Source: Dehalococcoidia bacterium
Lineage (GTDB): Bacteria > Chloroflexota > Dehalococcoidia > UBA6926
Length of the DNA stretch: 64,000 nt
Direction of reading: 5' to 3'
Assembly: GCA_009841045.1 (NCBI GenBank)
Contig: VXMO01000028.1
Location: 2,916-66,915, forward strand
Within the stretch, counting starts at the first letter, position 1; each line of letters begins with the position of its first letter. Shown piece after piece: positions 10,219 through 23,841 of this stretch. The position numbers and the translations under genes were made by a program. Below the pieces are notes generated by a model. That model did not search any database and had not been told where the DNA came from. It was given only the letters and a program-made list of their open reading frames with translations.

Positions 10219-10934
10219 TCAGCGTTGAGACGGTCAAGGAGGTCCGGTAATTCCTCCAGTGAGCTAATCACGCGGGCATCCTTGTAGCCCTCGAAAACGC
10301 CATCCCTGTCGAGGAGGACGGGTAAAATGCCAACCCCCGCCGGGCCCTGCACGTCCGCGAGCGGCTGGTCGCCCACGTGGACAACCTCATCGGCCCCCGC
10401 CCCTGCCCGCTTCAAGGCCTCCTCGAATATCTCGGGGTTTGGCTTGGCAACACCGATCTCCTCCGACGTTACCGCAAAGGACATGAACTCAGCGATGCCG
10501 AGATCAAGCAGCGTCTGCGCCAAACCACCCTCGTAGTTGGTGACGACGCCGATGGAGTAACCCTTCTCACGGAGCGCCTGCAGCGACGGCACAACATCCG
10601 GGAACATCGCAAAGCCTTGCCGCGTCTCCCACACGCGCTCGAATATGCGGCTCGCCAACTCAAGATCCACCGTCACTCCCGCGCCGGCCAGCAGCAGCAT
10701 CTCATACCGCCCCCACAGCTCCCTCACGTCCTCGGGCGTGCGCCGACTCAGCGGGAGTTTCCCATTCTCCTCAGAGAGGAATTGATCGGCGGCAGGATAG
10801 GCGCGGAGGACGGCATTCGTATCGACCGTGATGTCGAATTCAGCGCAGGCGGCGGCCTGAATCTGCTCGCGTCGTGGCTCGAACCTGACGACGGTGTTGT
10901 AGAAATCCAGAGAGACCGCCCGAATACGCGCCAT
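10206..10934 (-). CDS. HAD-superfamily hydrolase
   Basis: Motif I (VSLDFYNTVV), motif III/IV (VHVGDQ...D). The start is taken at ATG 10934 (alternative 10946). The ORF track extends the start to 11039. Confidence 0.7.
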   Translation of the reverse strand: MARIRAVSLDFYNTVVRFEPRREQIQAAACAEFDITVDTNAVLRAYPAADQFLSEENGKLPLSRRTPEDVRELWGRYEMLLLAGAGVTVDLELASRIFERVWETRQGFAMFPDVVPSLQALREKGYSIGVVTNYEGGLAQTLLDLGIAEFMSFAVTSEEIGVAKPNPEIFEEALKRAGAGADEVVHVGDQPLADVQGPAGVGILPVLLDRDGVFEGYKDARVISSLEELPDLLDRLNAEWTS

Positions 10935-11000
10935 AGCAATTCTCATCGTACCATCGGCGGGTTTTCCGTTAGTTCTTTTAGAAGTAAGTGGAAGTGCGCT

Positions 11001-11030
11001 CCGTTCGCCTTGAGCCTGTCGAAGTGCGCT
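11001..11030. repeat. dispersed element family B copy (diverged) flanked by a 10-bp direct repeat GAAGTGCGCT
   Basis: CCGTTCGCCT-TGAGCCTGTCGAAG-TGCGCT. GAAGTGCGCT occurs at 10991-11000 and 11021-11030. Confidence 0.5.
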
Positions 11031-11219
11031 GCCGCTCATGGTCCGACAAGCCCACCACGAGGGGGCAAAAACCCTTGACCCAAAGCCTGTTCAGAACGTA
11101 GCATGACGCAATCCGACGGCCATGCGGGGAGGCAGGGAACGCTGATTTTTCGGCTCCTGCACAATGAGGGGAGAGAGGCTCAACGTCTCTGTCACAAGCG
11201 TGAATTACAGGGAGGTGCA

Positions 11220-11474
11220 ATGAACTCCAGCCTGATCAGCAAGATCGAGAAGGCGCGGAAGTACGCCGAGGAGCGGGACGACCGTATCAGGTTCGAGTCG
11301 TTTCGCGCCCGAATCGTCGGCGACAACAGTGAGCACATCGTCGAACTTAAGGACGGCGTGTTCACGTGCGACTGCGACTTCTTTGCAGGCTGGAGTTCTT
11401 GCAGTCATGTGATGGCCCTTGAGCGCATCCTGGGGGCGATGATCCCGGAGCCCCCCGTCCCGGAGCACCGCTAG
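11220..11474 (+). CDS. small SWIM-type zinc-finger protein (84 aa)
   Basis: ATG at 11220 follows AGGGAGGTG. CDCDFFAGWSSCSHVMALE fits the CxCx(n)CxH SWIM signature. Confidence 0.55.
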   Translation: MNSSLISKIEKARKYAEERDDRIRFESFRARIVGDNSEHIVELKDGVFTCDCDFFAGWSSCSHVMALERILGAMIPEPPVPEHR

Positions 11475-11487
11475 CCTGCACTACCCC

Positions 11488-11515
11488 GTCATTCCCGCGA
11501 AAGCAGGAATCCATC
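11488..11515. repeat. dispersed element family A copy (ATTCCCGC-GAAA-GCAGGAAT)
   Basis: It lies between the convergent SWIM and HIT genes. Confidence 0.6.
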
Positions 11516-11519
11516 CGGC

Positions 11520-12014
11520 TCAGAGCTTCTCAAACAGCGGCTTTAGCCGCGCGTAGGTCTGATCCAGGCTTTCCGGCACCAGTTTCGTCTCGCCGACGAC
11601 GGCCATGAAGTTGGTGTCGCCGCCCCACCGTGGAACCACGTGCAAGTGCAGATGGCCCGGCACGCCCGCGCCCGCTAGCTGGCCGATGTTCATTCCGACG
11701 TTGAACCCGTCCGGCCCATACTCCTCTTTGATGATGCCGACGCTCCGCTGGGCAAGCGCCCACATCTCCGCTCCGGTCTCCGGCGGCAGTTCCTCCAGCG
11801 CGCCGATATGAGCATAGGGCGCAATCATCAGGTGGCCGGAGTTGTACGGATAGAGATTCAGAATGACGAACGAACGCTCCGCCCTGTGGAGGATGTAGGT
11901 CTCGTCGTCCTTGTCGAGGGTCGGATTCTCACAGAGGAAGCAGGCGGGCGCACCCTGTTCTCCGGTCTGGCCGGTCACGAATTCCGCTCTCCACGGGGTC
12001 CAGAGCCGTTCCAT
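11520..12014 (-). CDS. HIT family protein
   Basis: HIT motif HLHLHVVPRW, an N-terminal CFLCE, 164 aa. Confidence 0.75.
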   Translation of the reverse strand: MERLWTPWRAEFVTGQTGEQGAPACFLCENPTLDKDDETYILHRAERSFVILNLYPYNSGHLMIAPYAHIGALEELPPETGAEMWALAQRSVGIIKEEYGPDGFNVGMNIGQLAGAGVPGHLHLHVVPRWGGDTNFMAVVGETKLVPESLDQTYARLKPLFEKL

Positions 12015-12026
12015 GGCGCCAATACC

Positions 12027-14180
12027 CTACGGCGCAAGAAACTGGACAGTCGGGGGCGGCGCGTCGAGCTGCTCGAGGAATGCCTCCACGGTTGTGACTG
12101 GCAGCATGCAGATGTAGTTCTCGCAAACATAGGCCGTCGCCGTGTCGTTGATCATGGAGCGCCCTTCCAGCACAGGGAGATCACCCCACTCGAACGCCTC
12201 ATCCGGCGTGGCGGCCACCACAATCTTGTTTGGCATGAACCGCGTATTCAGGGCGTCCAGCAGTTCACTCATATCGTCCGCCGCCCTGTCGCCGATGAGC
12301 GCAATCTCCTTGGTGGAGCCGATGGCGAAATCAAGCGCCGCAAGCCAGTGACCGACCGCCGTGGGGTAGCGCGACATATACATATGGACGCTGCGGAGCG
12401 CTCTTTCCGCGATGGCATGGTAATTGCCGTTGCCCGTGAGGGCGTGGAGGCGGAGCAGGAGTTCAGCCGCAGCCGCGCCGCCGGACGGGGTCGCGTTGTC
12501 CAGCACGGTACGAGGGCGGACCACGAGTGATTCCGCGTCGCTGCCGATATCGTAGAAGATTGAGTCCGCGTCATCCCAAAAGAGCTCAATGATGCTGTCC
12601 GCCAGCGAGACCGCCTCATCCAGCCACCGCCGATCGAAGGTAAGTTCAAAGAGCGAGAGCAGGCCGTTGGCGAGGTTGGCATGATCTTCCAGGTACGCGG
12701 GGATGCGGGCCTCGCCGTCCTTGTATGTCCGCAACAGGCGTCCTTCAGGCGTCCGCATTGTCTCGACCAGGAACGCCCCCTGCTTCTCCACTACGGTGCG
12801 GTAGTCCTCTCTGCCGAGCGCCCCCGCCGTTTCCGCAATTGCCCGTAGCAGCAGCCCGTTCCAGCTTGTCAGCATCTTCTCGTCACGGAACGGCCGTATC
12901 CTGCCCTCTCTGGCTTCAAGCAAGGTCTGCCGGGACTTGCCTAGAGATCCATGCACGTCCTCGACCGACATGTTGTGCTTCGTGGCCAATTCCTCGTCCG
13001 AGGCAACACGGCTCAGGACGGACGAGCCGCTGTCCTCAAAGTTGCCGGACTCGGTCACGCCGTAGGCACCGCAGAACAGGGCAGCGGCAGACTCATCGGC
13101 CAGCGCCGCGCTGATCTCAGCCGGCGTCCAGACGTAGAACTTGCCCTCTTCGCCCTCGCTGTCCGCGTCCAGCGTTGAATAGAATCCGCCCTCCGGCGAC
13201 AGCTTCTCTCTCAGCAGAAAGTCGACGGATTCCTCAACGACACGCCTAAAATCCTCCCGCTTGGTGAGCTGCCACGCGTGGAGATAGACGCCGATCAGTA
13301 GCGCGTTGTCGTACAACATCTTTTCGAAGTGCGGCACCAGCCATTGGGCATCGGTGCTGTAGCGATGGAACCCGCCGCCAAGCTGGTCGTACAGACCGCC
13401 CGCCGCCATGTGCTCCAGTGTGGTTTCAAGGATGGCGCGGGCGTTTGAATCGTCATCGTTGGCAGAGATGTACCGCATCAGGAACTCAAGTAGCATGGGC
13501 TGGGGGAACTTGGGCGCGGCCATGAACCCGCCGTTCGCCGCGTCAAACGTGCTGCTCAGCCGCGCAAACGCCTCCATGAACAGGTCCTTTGACAACAGGG
13601 AGTCCTGCCCGCTTGATGCGATCGTTGCGCGGCGGAGATGGTCGACGATGTTCTGCCCCGCCTGCTTGATCTCCGACTTTCGCGCCGTGTACGCATCCAG
13701 CACGGTGGTCAGCACCCGAGGAAATCCGGGCATGCCGGGGCGATCCTCCGGGGGGTAGTAGGTACCGCCAAAGAACGGCGAGCCGTCCGGCGTAAGGAAC
13801 ACGCTCAGCGGCCAGCCGCCGTGGCCGGACAGCGCCTGAACTGCATCCATGTACACGGAATCGATGTCGGGCCGCTCCTCCCGATCAACCTTGACTGACA
13901 CGAAATTATCGTTGAGGAGCTTGGCCGTGTCCTGGTTCTCGAATGACTCCCGCTCCATCACGTGGCACCAGTGGCAAGAGGAATAGCCGATGCTGAGGAA
14001 GATGGGGACGTCGCGTTCCTGCGCCGCCGCCAGCGCTTCCTGCCCCCACGGATACCAGTCCACGGGGTTGTGCGCGTGTTGCTGCAGATACGGGCTTGTC
14101 TCGTTGATCAGGCGATTCGGCACGCTGCGTCTCCCCGTTCCCCAGTGAGCGCCACGAGCGCCCGTTGTCCTCATTGCCAC
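12027..14180 (-). CDS. thioredoxin-domain protein of the DUF255/YyaL family
   Basis: [21 protein letters not shown]...[16 protein letters not shown], the diagnostic N-terminus, followed by a roughly 600-aa alpha/alpha-barrel-like region. Confidence 0.8.
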   Translation of the reverse strand: MAMRTTGARGAHWGTGRRSVPNRLINETSPYLQQHAHNPVDWYPWGQEALAAAQERDVPIFLSIGYSSCHWCHVMERESFENQDTAKLLNDNFVSVKVDREERPDIDSVYMDAVQALSGHGGWPLSVFLTPDGSPFFGGTYYPPEDRPGMPGFPRVLTTVLDAYTARKSEIKQAGQNIVDHLRRATIASSGQDSLLSKDLFMEAFARLSSTFDAANGGFMAAPKFPQPMLLEFLMRYISANDDDSNARAILETTLEHMAAGGLYDQLGGGFHRYSTDAQWLVPHFEKMLYDNALLIGVYLHAWQLTKREDFRRVVEESVDFLLREKLSPEGGFYSTLDADSEGEEGKFYVWTPAEISAALADESAAALFCGAYGVTESGNFEDSGSSVLSRVASDEELATKHNMSVEDVHGSLGKSRQTLLEAREGRIRPFRDEKMLTSWNGLLLRAIAETAGALGREDYRTVVEKQGAFLVETMRTPEGRLLRTYKDGEARIPAYLEDHANLANGLLSLFELTFDRRWLDEAVSLADSIIELFWDDADSIFYDIGSDAESLVVRPRTVLDNATPSGGAAAAELLLRLHALTGNGNYHAIAERALRSVHMYMSRYPTAVGHWLAALDFAIGSTKEIALIGDRAADDMSELLDALNTRFMPNKIVVAATPDEAFEWGDLPVLEGRSMINDTATAYVCENYICMLPVTTVEAFLEQLDAPPPTVQFLAP

Positions 14181-14198
14181 CGAGAGCGGCGGTTCCGT

Positions 14199-14954
14199 TT
14201 AGTCGTTCTCTCCCTGCGACCACTGCCACAGCGCGGGCTTGATTCGTTCAAGGACGAGGATGCCCTTGCGCGTATCGCTTGCCAAGCGCGCCGGGTCGCT
14301 CTTTGCGACACGCCGCTTGAACAGCCAATACGTAAACGTCTTGTATTCGTCCAGAGATGAGCGGACGGGTGCTTTCCTCTTCTTGCCCGTCGCCAAGCGA
14401 AATTCGGTGCGGAGATCGCCACTTGGCGCGCCGTAGAGGCGGTTCATCGCTTCATCTTCGATGAGGTTTTCGCGAGCGGCGAGATTCTGCTGCGCCTTCG
14501 CGACCTCTTCGATGTTGGCCTGCTGCAACGCCTCCTCAACCACGATGCCGTACAGGAAATTCAGGTGAGCGGCATGCTTGCCGTGGCCGATGCTGCGGCG
14601 AAAGAGTTCGGCATTGATGTGAACAGGGGCCCTGCCTTCAAACAGCAGCCGCGTCGCCTCCTGCTCAGGAATCACGTCCCCCGCCGCTTCAATCAACCTC
14701 TCCGCGAGCAGCAGCCAATCAAAGGCCTCTCCTGCAATGACGTATGTATAAGCGCGGCCCTTCAGCTCTTCCCTTGGCGCGCTCCACTCGGCGACGGCGT
14801 TCAGGAGCGCAAGGAACCAGTTCTCACCCCTACGCACATCGGCAACAAACGACTCAATGATCTCCTGCGCGGTTCGAAGCTCCTGTCCCCCATTGACGTG
14901 CGGGGCCTCAACGTCGACGACCGTCTGCGCGGAGGCTCGCGACCGCGAAGTCAT
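14199..14954 (-). CDS. hypothetical protein (251 aa)
   Basis: Long ORF downstream of secA. The start is trimmed to ATG 14954, because the ORF-track start (15257) would overlap the secA 3' end by about 250 nt in another frame. No recognisable motif. Confidence 0.4.
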   Translation of the reverse strand: MTSRSRASAQTVVDVEAPHVNGGQELRTAQEIIESFVADVRRGENWFLALLNAVAEWSAPREELKGRAYTYVIAGEAFDWLLLAERLIEAAGDVIPEQEATRLLFEGRAPVHINAELFRRSIGHGKHAAHLNFLYGIVVEEALQQANIEEVAKAQQNLAARENLIEDEAMNRLYGAPSGDLRTEFRLATGKKRKAPVRSSLDEYKTFTYWLFKRRVAKSDPARLASDTRKGILVLERIKPALWQWSQGEND

Positions 14955-15000
14955 AGCGACTGAGCCGGCCGTGTGGTCGGCCCTTTCGGTAAGCAGCGCA

Positions 15001-17682
15001 TCAGGCGCCGGCCCCGTGGCACTTCTTGTACTTGAGGCCGCTGCCGCAGAAGCATGGATCGTTGCGGCCGATCTTTGCAGTGGCGCGGCGCACCGGGCCG
15101 CGAGCCGCCTGCGCGTCCGGCGCCTGCCCGCTCGCGTCACGCTGTTGGGATGCCATCGGGCTTTCGGCCATCGCGCCGCGGCTTGCCACTGCGCCGTTTG
15201 GCGCCGTGCCGTTGGCTGCTGCCGCGACGGGACGGGTCGGCCGGATCGTTGCGTCAAGATTGAGCACGGTCCGGACGATGCCGTTGCGCAGGCGGTCCAT
15301 CAACTCCTGGAACATGCCGTGGCTTTCTTGCCGGTACATCACCAGCGGGTTGCGCTGCCCGTATGCCTGCAGGCCGGCGCTCATGCGCATCTGCTCCATG
15401 GCGGTCAGATGCTGAACCCAGAGGTTGTCGAGCGTCTGCAGCAGGACAAGGCTTTCAATTTCCCTCAGCCGCTCCGCGCCAAGCTCTTCTTCGATCTCGT
15501 CATAGACGGCCAACGCGTACTCAACCAACTCGTCCGTGATCTCCGTTCGCGTGAGGTCGAGCACCTGCCCCGCCTCAAGCCAGTCCGGGGCGGGAAAGGC
15601 GGCGCGGACGGTTGCTACAAATCCCTCGATGTCCCAGTTTGCAGGGTCACGGTCGCCCAGGTGCGCATCAACAATGGCGGCGCACTCGTCCGCGATCATC
15701 TGCCGGATGTTCTCCCGCAAGTCCTCTGACTGCAAGACCTTGGCGCGCTCCGAATAGACGATGGAGCGTTGCCGATTGATCACGTCATCGTATTCCACGA
15801 GGTGCTTGCGTACCTCAAAGTTGTTGCCTTCGACGCGGACCTGTGCGTTCTCAAAGGCGCGTGAGACCATGCGGTTCTCAACGGCATCGTCGTCCTTGAG
15901 GCCGGACCACGACATGATTGACTTGACTCGATCGCCGCCAAACCGCTTGATGATTTCGTCCTCAAGCGACACATAGAACTGCGACGCGCCGGGGTCGCCC
16001 TGCCGCCCCGCGCGGCCACGTAGCTGGTTGTCGATGCGGCGGGCCTCGTGTCGCTCGGTGCCAAGGATGAACAGGCCGCCCAGGTTGAGCACTTCATCAT
16101 GCTCTCGCTGCCAGTCGTCCTCGTCACGGCCGTCGGGGTTGCCCCCCAAGATGATGTCGGTGCCGCGCCCCGCCATGTTGGTGGACACGGTGATCGCGCC
16201 AAGCCGCCCCGCCTGCGCAACGATCTGCGCCTCGCGATCATGCTGCTTGGCGTTCAGAACTTCATGCTCCAGCCCCTCGCTGCGGAGCAGAGCGCTGAGT
16301 CGTTCCGAGGTATCGATGGAGGCCGTGCCGACAAGCACCGGCCTGCCCTCGTCGTGCAACTCCCTGAGCGTGCGCACGATGGCCTTGAACTTGCCCTCTT
16401 CGTTCAGATAGATGAGATCCGGTTGGTCATCCCGGACAGAGGGCTTGTTGGTGGGGATGGGCAGCGGATCCAGGTTGTAGATCTTGAGGAACTCTTCGGC
16501 CTCCGTGGACGCCGTGCCCGTCATGCCCGCAAGCCGCTCGTACATGCGAAAGTAATTCTGGAGCGTGATGGTGGCAAGGGTCATCGACTCCCGCCGTATG
16601 GCGACATTCTCCTTCGCCTCAATTGCCTGGTGGAGACCCTCGGAATAGCGTCGGCCCGGCATCAGGCGGCCAGTGAACTCATCGACAATGACCACCTGGT
16701 TTTCTCCGTCAACGACGTATTCCTTGTCGCGCTGGTAGACGAATTCCGCCTTGAGCGCGTTCTCAAGGAAATGCACCGCCGTGTAGTGCTCCGGCGCGTA
16801 GAGATTGTCAATGTTCAGCGAGCGCTCAACCTTGGTGATGCCGTCTTCCGTCAGCGACACCGCGCGAGTCTTGGGATCGATGGCGAAGTCAGCCTCTTCC
16901 GTAAGGCGGCGCGCCAGTTGAGCGAACTGGCCGTAGCTCTGTGTCGGCGTCTGTCCCGGACCGCTGATAATCAGCGGCGTCCGCGCTTCATCAATGAGGA
17001 TGTAGTCAACCTCGTCAACGATGGCGTAGACAAGCTCACGCTGAACGCGCTGCTCCGCCGTCAGGGCAAGGTTGTCCCGGAGATAGTCAAATCCAAACTC
17101 GGAGTTCGTGCCATACGTGATGTCCGCCGCATACGCCTCCCGTCGATGAACGGGGCGCATTGCTTCATCCGACTCTTCGCTTTCGGGGTCATAGAGCAGA
17201 GACGCGTCGTGCTGCAGGCAGGAGACGGATATGCCGAGGGCATGGTAGACGGCGCCCATCCATGAAGCGTCGCGCCGCGCCAGGTAATCGTTCACCGTAA
17301 TGACGTGGACGCCCCTGCCTGTCAGCGCGTTCAGATACACCGGGAGCGTGGCAACAAGCGTTTTCCCTTCACCCGTCCGCATCTCCGCAATGCGCCCCTG
17401 GTGCAGCGTAATACCGCCGATGATCTGCACGTCAAAGTGCCGCATTCCGAGCACACGCTTTGACATCTCACGCACGACGGCGAAAGCCTCAGGCACCAGA
17501 TCGTCCAGGGTTTCCTTGCCCGCCAGGCGCTCACGGAATTGGGCGGTCATCCCTCGCAATTCATCGTCGCTCAGCCGCGCAAAGCGGCCTTCAAGCGCGT
17601 TGACCTCATCCACGGCGGGCTGCATGCGCTTGACGGCACGTTCGCTGCCGTCGCCGAGTATCTTGCGGAGCTTGCTGATCAC
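15001..17682 (-). CDS. secA: preprotein translocase ATPase SecA
   Basis: 893 aa with DEAD-like motor motifs and the C-terminal Zn-binding [14 protein letters not shown]. Confidence 0.95.
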   Translation of the reverse strand: MISKLRKILGDGSERAVKRMQPAVDEVNALEGRFARLSDDELRGMTAQFRERLAGKETLDDLVPEAFAVVREMSKRVLGMRHFDVQIIGGITLHQGRIAEMRTGEGKTLVATLPVYLNALTGRGVHVITVNDYLARRDASWMGAVYHALGISVSCLQHDASLLYDPESEESDEAMRPVHRREAYAADITYGTNSEFGFDYLRDNLALTAEQRVQRELVYAIVDEVDYILIDEARTPLIISGPGQTPTQSYGQFAQLARRLTEEADFAIDPKTRAVSLTEDGITKVERSLNIDNLYAPEHYTAVHFLENALKAEFVYQRDKEYVVDGENQVVIVDEFTGRLMPGRRYSEGLHQAIEAKENVAIRRESMTLATITLQNYFRMYERLAGMTGTASTEAEEFLKIYNLDPLPIPTNKPSVRDDQPDLIYLNEEGKFKAIVRTLRELHDEGRPVLVGTASIDTSERLSALLRSEGLEHEVLNAKQHDREAQIVAQAGRLGAITVSTNMAGRGTDIILGGNPDGRDEDDWQREHDEVLNLGGLFILGTERHEARRIDNQLRGRAGRQGDPGASQFYVSLEDEIIKRFGGDRVKSIMSWSGLKDDDAVENRMVSRAFENAQVRVEGNNFEVRKHLVEYDDVINRQRSIVYSERAKVLQSEDLRENIRQMIADECAAIVDAHLGDRDPANWDIEGFVATVRAAFPAPDWLEAGQVLDLTRTEITDELVEYALAVYDEIEEELGAERLREIESLVLLQTLDNLWVQHLTAMEQMRMSAGLQAYGQRNPLVMYRQESHGMFQELMDRLRNGIVRTVLNLDATIRPTRPVAAAANGTAPNGAVASRGAMAESPMASQQRDASGQAPDAQAARGPVRRATAKIGRNDPCFCGSGLKYKKCHGAGA

Positions 17683-18593
17683 GTCGTGCGCCCCTTGCCG
17701 ATCACCGTTTGCAGCACATACGTCATCACACCCAGTCCGACACGGTTGCGCCGCAGATAGGCGGCCCGGGGGTCTGCGTCAAACCACTCCGGCAGCTCCA
17801 CCGTGCGCGGCATGGGATGCAGCACGATGGCATCCGTATTCAAATCTTGCTGTGCCTGTTCTGTCATGATGATTGGCCTGTTCGCGGAGCCGCGCTCCGC
17901 CTGAACCCGCGTCATATACAAAACGTCGGTTTCTTTAAGGATACTGCTATTCAGAAACTCGGTCTCTTTCAGCCTCGGCGCGGTCTTTCTCACCGCCAAT
18001 GACGTGAGATCAGACGACAAACGCAGGCCGGGATCCGTGACGACGGTGATGTGATTGTCGAACAGCGCAAGAGCCATGATGAGGCTGTGGATAGTGCGTC
18101 CATGCAGGGCGTCACCCGTCATGGTGACGTACAGATTGGTCAGCCTGCCGAATTTCTGGTAGATCATAGCGAGGTCGATGAGCGTCTGAACGGGATGCTC
18201 CCCCGCCCCGTTGCCGGCGTTGATCACAGGACATGCGCTCGCCGCTGTCGCGACGGTCATGGACTCCCTGTCAGGGTGACGGAGAATCAGCGCCGCGACG
18301 CCGTAGTCGGCCAGCACGCGAATCGTATCTGTCAGGCTTTCGCCCTTGTTGACTGAGCTTGCGCTGACATCGAGGGGAATGACGTCCAGCCCCAACGCGC
18401 GCGCGGCGAACTGGAACCCAAGTCGCGTGCGCGTGCTCGCTTCATAGAACGCGGTGGCGACAGCGCGGCCGTCCCGGGTTGGCAGCGCTGTGCCGTCCGG
18501 CAGGGGTCTTTCGGCGAGCCCACGGACAGCCAGCAACAGGGCGTCGGCGGACATGCCCTGCAGGGTGATGAAGGACTCGCCTTTCGCTAGCAC
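17679..18593 (-). CDS. pyrB: aspartate/ornithine carbamoyltransferase-family protein, most likely aspartate carbamoyltransferase catalytic chain
   Basis: STRTR carbamoyl-phosphate motif, HPVQ and HPMPR. About 300 aa. The start is uncertain (M1 or M14). No pyrI is adjacent. Confidence 0.6.
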   Translation of the reverse strand: MLAKGESFITLQGMSADALLLAVRGLAERPLPDGTALPTRDGRAVATAFYEASTRTRLGFQFAARALGLDVIPLDVSASSVNKGESLTDTIRVLADYGVAALILRHPDRESMTVATAASACPVINAGNGAGEHPVQTLIDLAMIYQKFGRLTNLYVTMTGDALHGRTIHSLIMALALFDNHITVVTDPGLRLSSDLTSLAVRKTAPRLKETEFLNSSILKETDVLYMTRVQAERGSANRPIIMTEQAQQDLNTDAIVLHPMPRTVELPEWFDADPRAAYLRRNRVGLGVMTYVLQTVIGKGRTT

Positions 18594-18604
18594 CCCGGCC
18601 GCCT

Positions 18605-21022
<2,418 letters not shown>

Positions 21023-21030
21023 ACCGCGCC

Positions 21031-21939
21031 CTAAACCGGCAAATCGACGTCGTACTGCGAAAGAACGTCCTCGACGTGGGCGCGAGTAGCGTCGTCTGCT
21101 TCCGTCAGCGGCAGGCGTGGCGCTCCAACATCCATCCCCACGGTGTTCAGCATGTGCTTCACGGGAATCGGATTTGCAACCACGAACAGCGCGTCGATGA
21201 GCGGCAGCAGGCCCCGGTGGATGGTCGCCGATTCCTCGCGCGCGCCGTCAAGGAACGCATAGATCTTTCTTGCAATCTGCTTGCCGACCACGTGCGCCGC
21301 AACGCTGACAACGCCGTAGCCACCGACGGCCAACACAGGCAGCGTGTCCGCGTCATTGCCGGACCACACGTAGAAGCCGTCATCGGCAGTTTCTATAATC
21401 CGGGCAATCTGCCCGATATCCGCGCTCGCCTCTTTGACGCCGGCAATGTTGTCCACGTGGCTGAGTCGAGCCGTCGTGGCGGCGGTCATGTTGAGGGACG
21501 TGCGGCTGGGCACGTTGTACAGGATGCCGGGGATGCCGACGGACTCCGCGATGGCGACGAAATGGCGATACAGCGAGTCCTGCGGCGGCTTGTTATAGTA
21601 CGGGACGGTCATCAGGATGCCGTGCGCGCCGAGTTTCTCGGCCTCTTGCGAAAGCTCTATGCTCTCTGCGGTGTTGTAGGTTGTCGTGCCTGCAATGATG
21701 TGCGCCCCGTTGCGGTTGGCCACCTCAAGCGTGACCTCGTACATGCGGAGCTTCTCTTCGGCTGTCAGCGTTGGCCCCTCGCCCGTCGTGCCAGTGACAA
21801 CGAGCCCCTCCGTGCCGGAGCCGATGAGAGCCTGCGCCAGCTTGGCCGCCTGTTCATAGTTGACGTTGCCGTCACTGTCGAACGGGGTCACCATTGCCGT
21901 CAGCACCCGTCCAAAGGGCGCGCCATTGCGGTCTCTCAT
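21031..21939 (-). CDS. dapA: 4-hydroxy-tetrahydrodipicolinate synthase
   Basis: AMVTPF...GTTGE...YNVP motifs. The start is at 21939, preceded (on the minus strand) by GGGGAGGGGACG. Confidence 0.85.
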   Translation of the reverse strand: MRDRNGAPFGRVLTAMVTPFDSDGNVNYEQAAKLAQALIGSGTEGLVVTGTTGEGPTLTAEEKLRMYEVTLEVANRNGAHIIAGTTTYNTAESIELSQEAEKLGAHGILMTVPYYNKPPQDSLYRHFVAIAESVGIPGILYNVPSRTSLNMTAATTARLSHVDNIAGVKEASADIGQIARIIETADDGFYVWSGNDADTLPVLAVGGYGVVSVAAHVVGKQIARKIYAFLDGAREESATIHRGLLPLIDALFVVANPIPVKHMLNTVGMDVGAPRLPLTEADDATRAHVEDVLSQYDVDLPV

Positions 21940-22007
21940 CGTCCCCTCCCCTTTACGTCGGGCTGCCGTCTCCCCGGGTCGATGCACGAATTGTAGTACG
22001 TTTCGAG

Positions 22008-22799
22008 CTAGTAGGTGCGACCGGCGGGACGCGGTCCAAAGATGGCCGTTCCAAGCCGCACAACCGTCGCGCCCTCCTGGATGGCCACGTGGAAATCGTT
22101 GGTCATTCCCATGGAGAGTTCCGTCAACGACGCGGACGCAACCGAATCATTGAGAGCGTCGCGGATCTCACGCAGCCGGCGAAAACCCGGGCGGGACGCT
22201 TCGGCGTCCTCCGCCATCGGCCCCACCGTCATCAGGCCAATCACGTTCAGGTTCGGCAGCTCAATGATGCGCCGCGCGTCCTCCATAAATTGACCGAGGC
22301 TCCCATCATCTGTCGCAAGTCCCAGCTTGAATCCGCCGCGGTCCGGATTGTCCGTGAAATCAATCTCAATGAGCGCATCAACAGTGCCAACGTCCATCTG
22401 CTCTGCGCGCTGGCTGATGGTCTCGGCGAGGCGCAGCGAGTCAACGGTGTCGATCGCTTGAAACACCTGCAGCGCCTGCCGTGTCTTGTTGCGCTGGAGG
22501 TGGCCGATCATGTGCCACGTGGGCGGCGCAATGCCCTGATCGTCCGCCAACGCATTGGCCGCGCCAATCTTGGGAGCGGCCTCCTGCACCCAGTTCTCGC
22601 CGAAATGGGTTAGGCCATGCCGAATCGCGGCGATTACACGCTCCGGCTCAACGCCCTTCGTCGCGCCGTGCAGCTTGACGGACTGCGGATCGCGTCCGGC
22701 CTCCGTCGCAATCTCAGCCATGCGGTTCTGCAGCCGCGCTATGTTGTCGCCGATAGCGGCGGCGCGTTCGTCAGCAGTCGGGGCCTCGTGTGTCTGCAT
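22008..22799 (-). CDS. yggS: YggS-family pyridoxal-phosphate homeostasis protein
   Basis: Alanine-racemase N-terminal-like fold (KLHGATKGVEPERVIAA...HMIGHLQRNK). ATG at 22799 with a GAGGTGAGG RBS. Confidence 0.8.
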   Translation of the reverse strand: MQTHEAPTADERAAAIGDNIARLQNRMAEIATEAGRDPQSVKLHGATKGVEPERVIAAIRHGLTHFGENWVQEAAPKIGAANALADDQGIAPPTWHMIGHLQRNKTRQALQVFQAIDTVDSLRLAETISQRAEQMDVGTVDALIEIDFTDNPDRGGFKLGLATDDGSLGQFMEDARRIIELPNLNVIGLMTVGPMAEDAEASRPGFRRLREIRDALNDSVASASLTELSMGMTNDFHVAIQEGATVVRLGTAIFGPRPAGRTY

Positions 22800-22803
22800 C
22801 GCC

Positions 22804-23841
22804 TCACCTCGCGGCGGCGGCAGGAGCGCCTTTGGCCAAAAGTTCGGCAATCTGAATGGTATTCGTCGCCGCGCCCTTGCGGATGTTGTCCGAGACGACC
22901 CACATGGAGATGCCGTTGTCCAGCGCGGTGTCGCGGCGGATGCGTCCCACAAACACCTCGTCCCTGCCCTGCGCGTCGATTGCCATCGGGTAGGCGCTTG
23001 CCGAGGGATTATCGGTCACGACGATGCCCGGCGCTGCTGCCAGGATATCCCGCGCCTCGTCTGGGGTGATTGGGTTGGTGAACTCCACGTGAACGGCCTC
23101 AGAATGGGCGAACGCAGCAGGAATCCGCACGCAGGTGGCGGAGACGGCAATCTCCGGCGCGTGCATGATCTTCTGCGTCTCTCGCACCATCTTGATCTCT
23201 TCCTTGGTGTAATCGTCCTCTTCAAAGACGTCGATCTGCGGGATGGCGTTGAATGCGATGCGGTGCGGGAACGCGCTCGGCTGCGCTTGCTCGCCGTTCA
23301 GCACGCCGCGCGATTGCTCCAGCATCTCCTCAAGCGCCAGCCGCCCCGCGCCGGACGCCGACTGATACGTGTCCACGATAACCCGCTTGATTGGGTTCTC
23401 ACGATGCAGCGGCCACAACGCGACCACCATCTGGATGGTCGAGCAGTTGGGGTTGGCGATGATGCCGTTGTGGTTCAGGGCGTCGTCCGGATTGACCTCC
23501 GGCACGACGAGCGGGACATCAGGTTCCATGCGCCACGCGGACGAATTGTCCACGACAACCGCGCCCCGTTTCGCCGCCTCCGGTGCAAGCTGCTTGCTGC
23601 TGCCACCACCAGCGGAGAACAACGCGATATCAATGTCCTCAAACGCGTCCGGCGTTGCCTCGATGACCTCGTGCTCGTCTCCCATTGCCGTGAGACGCTT
23701 GCCCGCGGAACGCGCCGACGCCATGAGCGTCAGGGACGACATGGGAAAGCCGCGCTCCTCCAGCACGTTGATGAAGGTCTCACCCACAAGCCCGGTTGCG
23801 CCGACAATCGCGACGCGGGGTCGATCACTGCTGGCCATCAT
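22804..23841 (-). CDS. asd: aspartate-semialdehyde dehydrogenase
   Basis: VAIVGATGLVG NAD(P)-binding loop and the active-site region NPNCSTI. The start overlaps the dapB stop (ATGA). Confidence 0.9.
   Translation of the reverse strand: MMASSDRPRVAIVGATGLVGETFINVLEERGFPMSSLTLMASARSAGKRLTAMGDEHEVIEATPDAFEDIDIALFSAGGGSSKQLAPEAAKRGAVVVDNSSAWRMEPDVPLVVPEVNPDDALNHNGIIANPNCSTIQMVVALWPLHRENPIKRVIVDTYQSASGAGRLALEEMLEQSRGVLNGEQAQPSAFPHRIAFNAIPQIDVFEEDDYTKEEIKMVRETQKIMHAPEIAVSATCVRIPAAFAHSEAVHVEFTNPITPDEARDILAAAPGIVVTDNPSASAYPMAIDAQGRDEVFVGRIRRDTALDNGISMWVVSDNIRKGAATNTIQIAELLAKGAPAAAAR

Noticed and set aside
9070-10287. 405-aa + strand ORF rich in Arg/His
   Set aside because: It lies entirely antisense to the well-supported AEC transporter gene. 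Its extreme Arg-rich composition is typical of a spurious high-GC antisense ORF.
14955-15257. N-terminal extension of the hypothetical gene 14199-14954, which would overlap secA
   Set aside because: It would overlap the last 250 nt of secA in another frame. An internal ATG at 14954 gives a non-overlapping gene.
16048-17265. 405-aa + strand ORF
   Set aside because: Antisense to secA. No motifs.
21076-21996. 306-aa + strand ORF
   Set aside because: Antisense to dapA.
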